Below, one piece after another: positions 61,025 through 64,000 of a stretch of 64,000 nt of DNA (position 1 is its first letter; each line of letters opens with the position of its first letter). Under the pieces are notes generated by a model. The model was given only the letters and a program-made list of their open reading frames with translations, did no database searches and was not told where the DNA came from. Both the position numbers and the translations under genes were made by a program. The stretch lies in the NCBI GenBank assembly GCA_900551555.1, contig URWC01000001.1, positions 1,210-65,209 of the forward strand, in the 5' to 3' direction. Source of the stretch: an uncultured Collinsella sp. (lineage in GTDB: Bacteria > Actinomycetota > Coriobacteriia > Coriobacteriales > Coriobacteriaceae).

Positions 61025-62329
61025 CTACTGGTTGTCAGCAGCCGAGAAATCCATATCGAGCGAGGAAACGGCCCAGCCGATATGGTTGTCGGAGCGCACG
61101 AATTTGACGGTGTACTCCTGCTCGCCGCCCTTGGACAGCGATGCCTTCACCTTAGCGGTCGTCTCGGTCATGGACTGATCCATGCCCTCGACGGACACGG
61201 TGGCGCCCTGCGGAATCGAGGAGATGATCATCGACTTGGCGTCCTCGGACAGGCTCGAGGCCAGGCAAGACTCGGCCTTTGCGGTGTCACCGTCGCCGGC
61301 AGCCTGGAACAGATCGGTGATAACCGACTCCTGCGAGGGGAAGCCAAAGCCGCGCGTGTAGGCAAAGCCCAGACCGCCCGCAGCAATCAAAATGAGCAGA
61401 AGCAGCACGATGAAGACTTTGAGACCCGTGTGGCGATGGCGACGACGGACCTTGGCCTGCTTACGATCCTGACGGTCCTGCTGGACCATCTCGGACTCGG
61501 ACAGCGTAAAGAAGCCGGTGTCCGAGGGATCGGGCATAAACTGACCGGTCGCGCCCGTAGGATCGAGCGGATCGACGGCAGGAGCGTCCATCGCGGGCGC
61601 CGGAGCCGTGGCCATAGCCGTCTGGGCAGACAGCGCGGCAAGCGAATCATGCACGCGGGCAAGCTCATCGACCTGCTCGGAAGTGAGCTGGTAGATGCCA
61701 TCGGCAGTAGCGGCGTTAAAGGCGTCGAGTGCGTCGGAGGGACGGCCGGCGGCAGAAAGCGCCTGACCCATGCCGGCGTTGAGCGCACGCGTGTCGTCGC
61801 GGGGGCCGGCAAAGTCGATAGCCGTGCGGTAGGTCTCCACGGCATCCGCCGGACGGCCGAGCTTAATGAAGCAACGACCAAGCTCGCCCAGTGCGGCGGC
61901 AGGAGCCGGATTGGCGCCGTCGATGGCAGCCTGACGGAAGGCAGTACCCGCGTTGGCATAGTCGCCCGACTGGAACAGCGCGTTACCCAGGCCCAGATAG
62001 GCCTTGAACGGCGTGGCATAGGAAGCATCCTGCGTAGCAGCAGAGAACGCCTGGGCGGCCGTCGTGTAGTCGCCCACGGCGGCGAGTGCCTTGCCGCGGT
62101 TGGTGAGCAGCGCGCCGCGCTTGCCGTAGGTGCCGTCATTGAGGGCAGCGGCGTAGGCCTCGGCGGCCTCGGCATACATGCCCAGGTGCATCAAGGCGTT
62201 GCCACGAAGGTGATCGGCCTCGCCCATAATCTCATCGGGAGTTTTTGCCGCCCCAAGCATCTGGGCTGCAGCGGAAAAATCACCCGCGCGGTAAGCGGCG
62301 CGGCCCTGTTGGATCAGCTGGCTATTCAA
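61025..62329 (-). CDS. Tetratricopeptide-repeat membrane protein
   Basis: About six TPR-like units (GNAL..LG.Y.EA...Y..AL), linker, basic patch plus TM helix, small extracytoplasmic domain. Confidence 0.8.
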   Translation of the reverse strand: MNSQLIQQGRAAYRAGDFSAAAQMLGAAKTPDEIMGEADHLRGNALMHLGMYAEAAEAYAAALNDGTYGKRGALLTNRGKALAAVGDYTTAAQAFSAATQDASYATPFKAYLGLGNALFQSGDYANAGTAFRQAAIDGANPAPAAALGELGRCFIKLGRPADAVETYRTAIDFAGPRDDTRALNAGMGQALSAAGRPSDALDAFNAATADGIYQLTSEQVDELARVHDSLAALSAQTAMATAPAPAMDAPAVDPLDPTGATGQFMPDPSDTGFFTLSESEMVQQDRQDRKQAKVRRRHRHTGLKVFIVLLLLILIAAGGLGFAYTRGFGFPSQESVITDLFQAAGDGDTAKAESCLASSLSEDAKSMIISSIPQGATVSVEGMDQSMTETTAKVKASLSKGGEQEYTVKFVRSDNHIGWAVSSLDMDFSAADNQ

Positions 62330-62340
62330 GGAAATCCCCT

Positions 62341-62883
62341 TTACTCGTGAACGATCTCGACATGGACGATCTCGTCGCCGGCACGCAGCTGCGAAATCAC
62401 ATCGAGACCCTCGACCGTGGTACCAAAGACGGTGTAACCGGAATCGAGGTTATGCTGGGCACCCAGGCAGAAGTAGAACTGCGAACCCGCGGAATCGGGG
62501 TCCATGGAGCGTGCCATGGCAAGGGCACCATCGACATGGCTGTTGCGCGGATTGGTGGCAAACTCGCCCTTGATGCAGTAGCCGGGACCACCGGTACCGG
62601 GCATGCCGTCAGGGCCCTCAAGACCGGCAGCGACGTCGGCGCCGGACATATCGCGGGTATTGGGGTCGCCGCCCTGAATGACAAAGCCGGGCACATAGCG
62701 ATGGAACTTAAGGCCATCATAGAAACCCATCGTGGAAAGCTCGCAGAAGTTCGCGACATGAATGGGAGCGCCCTCACCGTCAAACTTGACCTTGATGGTA
62801 CCCTTCGACGTCTCGATAACGGCGCACTCGTCGCCGGCAAGCTGATACTCGGGCGTGTAGAGCTCTTTCTTAAAACCAAACAT
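62341..62883 (-). CDS. Cyclophilin-type peptidyl-prolyl isomerase
   Basis: AP..V.NF, GFYDGL.FHR....FVIQGGDP, GALAMAR, SAGSQF, YTVFG. Confidence 0.94.
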   Translation of the reverse strand: MFGFKKELYTPEYQLAGDECAVIETSKGTIKVKFDGEGAPIHVANFCELSTMGFYDGLKFHRYVPGFVIQGGDPNTRDMSGADVAAGLEGPDGMPGTGGPGYCIKGEFATNPRNSHVDGALAMARSMDPDSAGSQFYFCLGAQHNLDSGYTVFGTTVEGLDVISQLRAGDEIVHVEIVHE

Positions 62884-62990
62884 GTGGTTCCTTCCTCGTG
62901 CGTTTAAAGCATATTTGTACGAATTGTAGCAATAAGCATGCGCTTACATCAATTGCGCACGTAGGTTATGCCGACTATGGCGAACTAATT

Positions 62991-64000
62991 TTAGGAACGC
63001 TGCTGCGGCTTCCAGGAGCCCACATTGGCGTCGTACTGGTTCAGCGCGCTGTTGCCGCCCTGCGCGATGGGCGCCAGGATCTCGCTTTGGTGGGAACTCA
63101 TCGACTCACCATCAGGAATGGCCAGCGAGATATCCCAGCTCTGGCAGATCACGTCGACGCGCTCATACATCCACTCGGCAAGCTGCTTTAAGTGGGCGAT
63201 GTCGTCCGCATAGACCGTATCGTCCTGATACTTAAGGTTGTTGAGCTCATCTTGCGTCTTTTTGATCTGGTCGCGCAGGGCGTAGGCACTCTGCGACAGC
63301 TCCTGACGGGTGGACAGCGGCGTTCGGAGATAACCGTTGTTAAAGGAATCGATGACCTCGCCGATCTGGTCCTCGTCACCGTAGGACACGATGGTCTGAT
63401 ACAGACCGTCGAGCCTGGTATAGAGCTGATCATCGGTCAGCACGGTTTCTTCCTGGACCACCTCGGCAGAATCGTCTTGCTTGGTATCGTCCTCAGTCGC
63501 CTCGCCCTTTTGGCGCGTGGGGAAGGTCGTCTGCGCAGCCTGGCCAAACTGGTCGTAGAAGGCAGGCATGACACCCATGGGATCGGCCGTCACGAACCAA
63601 TAGGCACCGCCGCAAACGACGGCAAGGACCGCGATGACGATGAGCGGCTTGGGGATATGACGCTTGTGCTTGTGATAGGCGTCCTCGTCGGGATGCACCT
63701 TGCGCTTGGGTTTTTGAGCATCGTCATGCAGGGAAACGGGCGTGGGAATATCGACCTTGGGGATACCGAAATCCTTATCGAAAGCCGGCAGCACGCAGGT
63801 CTCGTTAGGATCGGCGGCGTCCGAAAGAACCGCGGCAGCCGAGGCGGGCGCATGAGGCACCTCGGTATCGATCTGCTCTTGCGTTAGGCGCGGAAAGCCC
63901 GCCGTGCGGCCCGCTGCCAGGTCGGATGCGGCCGCGTCCTCGGAGAGGATGCCCGGAGCGGGGCGTCCGCATTTGGGGCACGTACGATCATGCGGAGAAA
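62991..64000 (-). CDS. Zinc-ribbon single-pass membrane protein; 5' end lies beyond the window
   Basis: The frame is open from the window edge (SPHDRTCPKCGRPAP...) into the tracked ORF; low-complexity linker, TM helix (LIVIAVLAVVCGGAYWFV), helical C-terminal domain. Confidence 0.75.
   Translation of the reverse strand, partial: SPHDRTCPKCGRPAPGILSEDAAASDLAAGRTAGFPRLTQEQIDTEVPHAPASAAAVLSDAADPNETCVLPAFDKDFGIPKVDIPTPVSLHDDAQKPKRKVHPDEDAYHKHKRHIPKPLIVIAVLAVVCGGAYWFVTADPMGVMPAFYDQFGQAAQTTFPTRQKGEATEDDTKQDDSAEVVQEETVLTDDQLYTRLDGLYQTIVSYGDEDQIGEVIDSFNNGYLRTPLSTRQELSQSAYALRDQIKKTQDELNNLKYQDDTVYADDIAHLKQLAEWMYERVDVICQSWDISLAIPDGESMSSHQSEILAPIAQGGNSALNQYDANVGSWKPQQRS

Overview
A GC-rich core-chromosome window, almost all on the minus strand. 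Gene content and style (actinobacterial mIHF and RpoZ alongside Firmicute-like pyrR, glyQS, trmFO and mreBCD) suggest a Coriobacteriia genome, Collinsella-like; this is an inference. Gene order: partial lepA, rpsT, holA, comEC/comEA, thiI, rpoZ, gmk, mIHF, a pyrR-B-C-K-D-F operon, rpmB, an HUH/Y1 tyrosine transposase flanked by 51-bp inverted repeats, adhE plus an APH/choline-kinase-fold gene, the rpsB-tsf-pyrH-frr-uppS-cdsA-dxr-rseP-ispG-proS cluster, yraN-comM-dprA-trmFO-xerC, rnhB, rplS, ppdK and its regulator, glyQS, rpsP-khpA-rimM-trmD-lepB, dinB, rplU-rpmA-obgE-nadD-yqeK-rsfS, a radical-SAM pair, mreBCD-pbp2-rodA, a TPR membrane protein, a cyclophilin and a partial zinc-ribbon membrane protein. 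No rRNA, tRNA or CRISPR array was recognised. Most notable observations: (1) a shared 20-bp direct-repeat box (17/20 identical) 71-75 nt upstream of both late-competence operons, a candidate competence regulon operator; (2) the inverted-repeat-flanked HUH element; (3) a complete three-hairpin pyr attenuator with a non-canonical PyrR loop; (4) a winged-helix-like insertion in RseP; (5) the adhE-linked kinase-fold gene; (6) an apparent ATA start for xerC. All calls were made by eye, without database searches.
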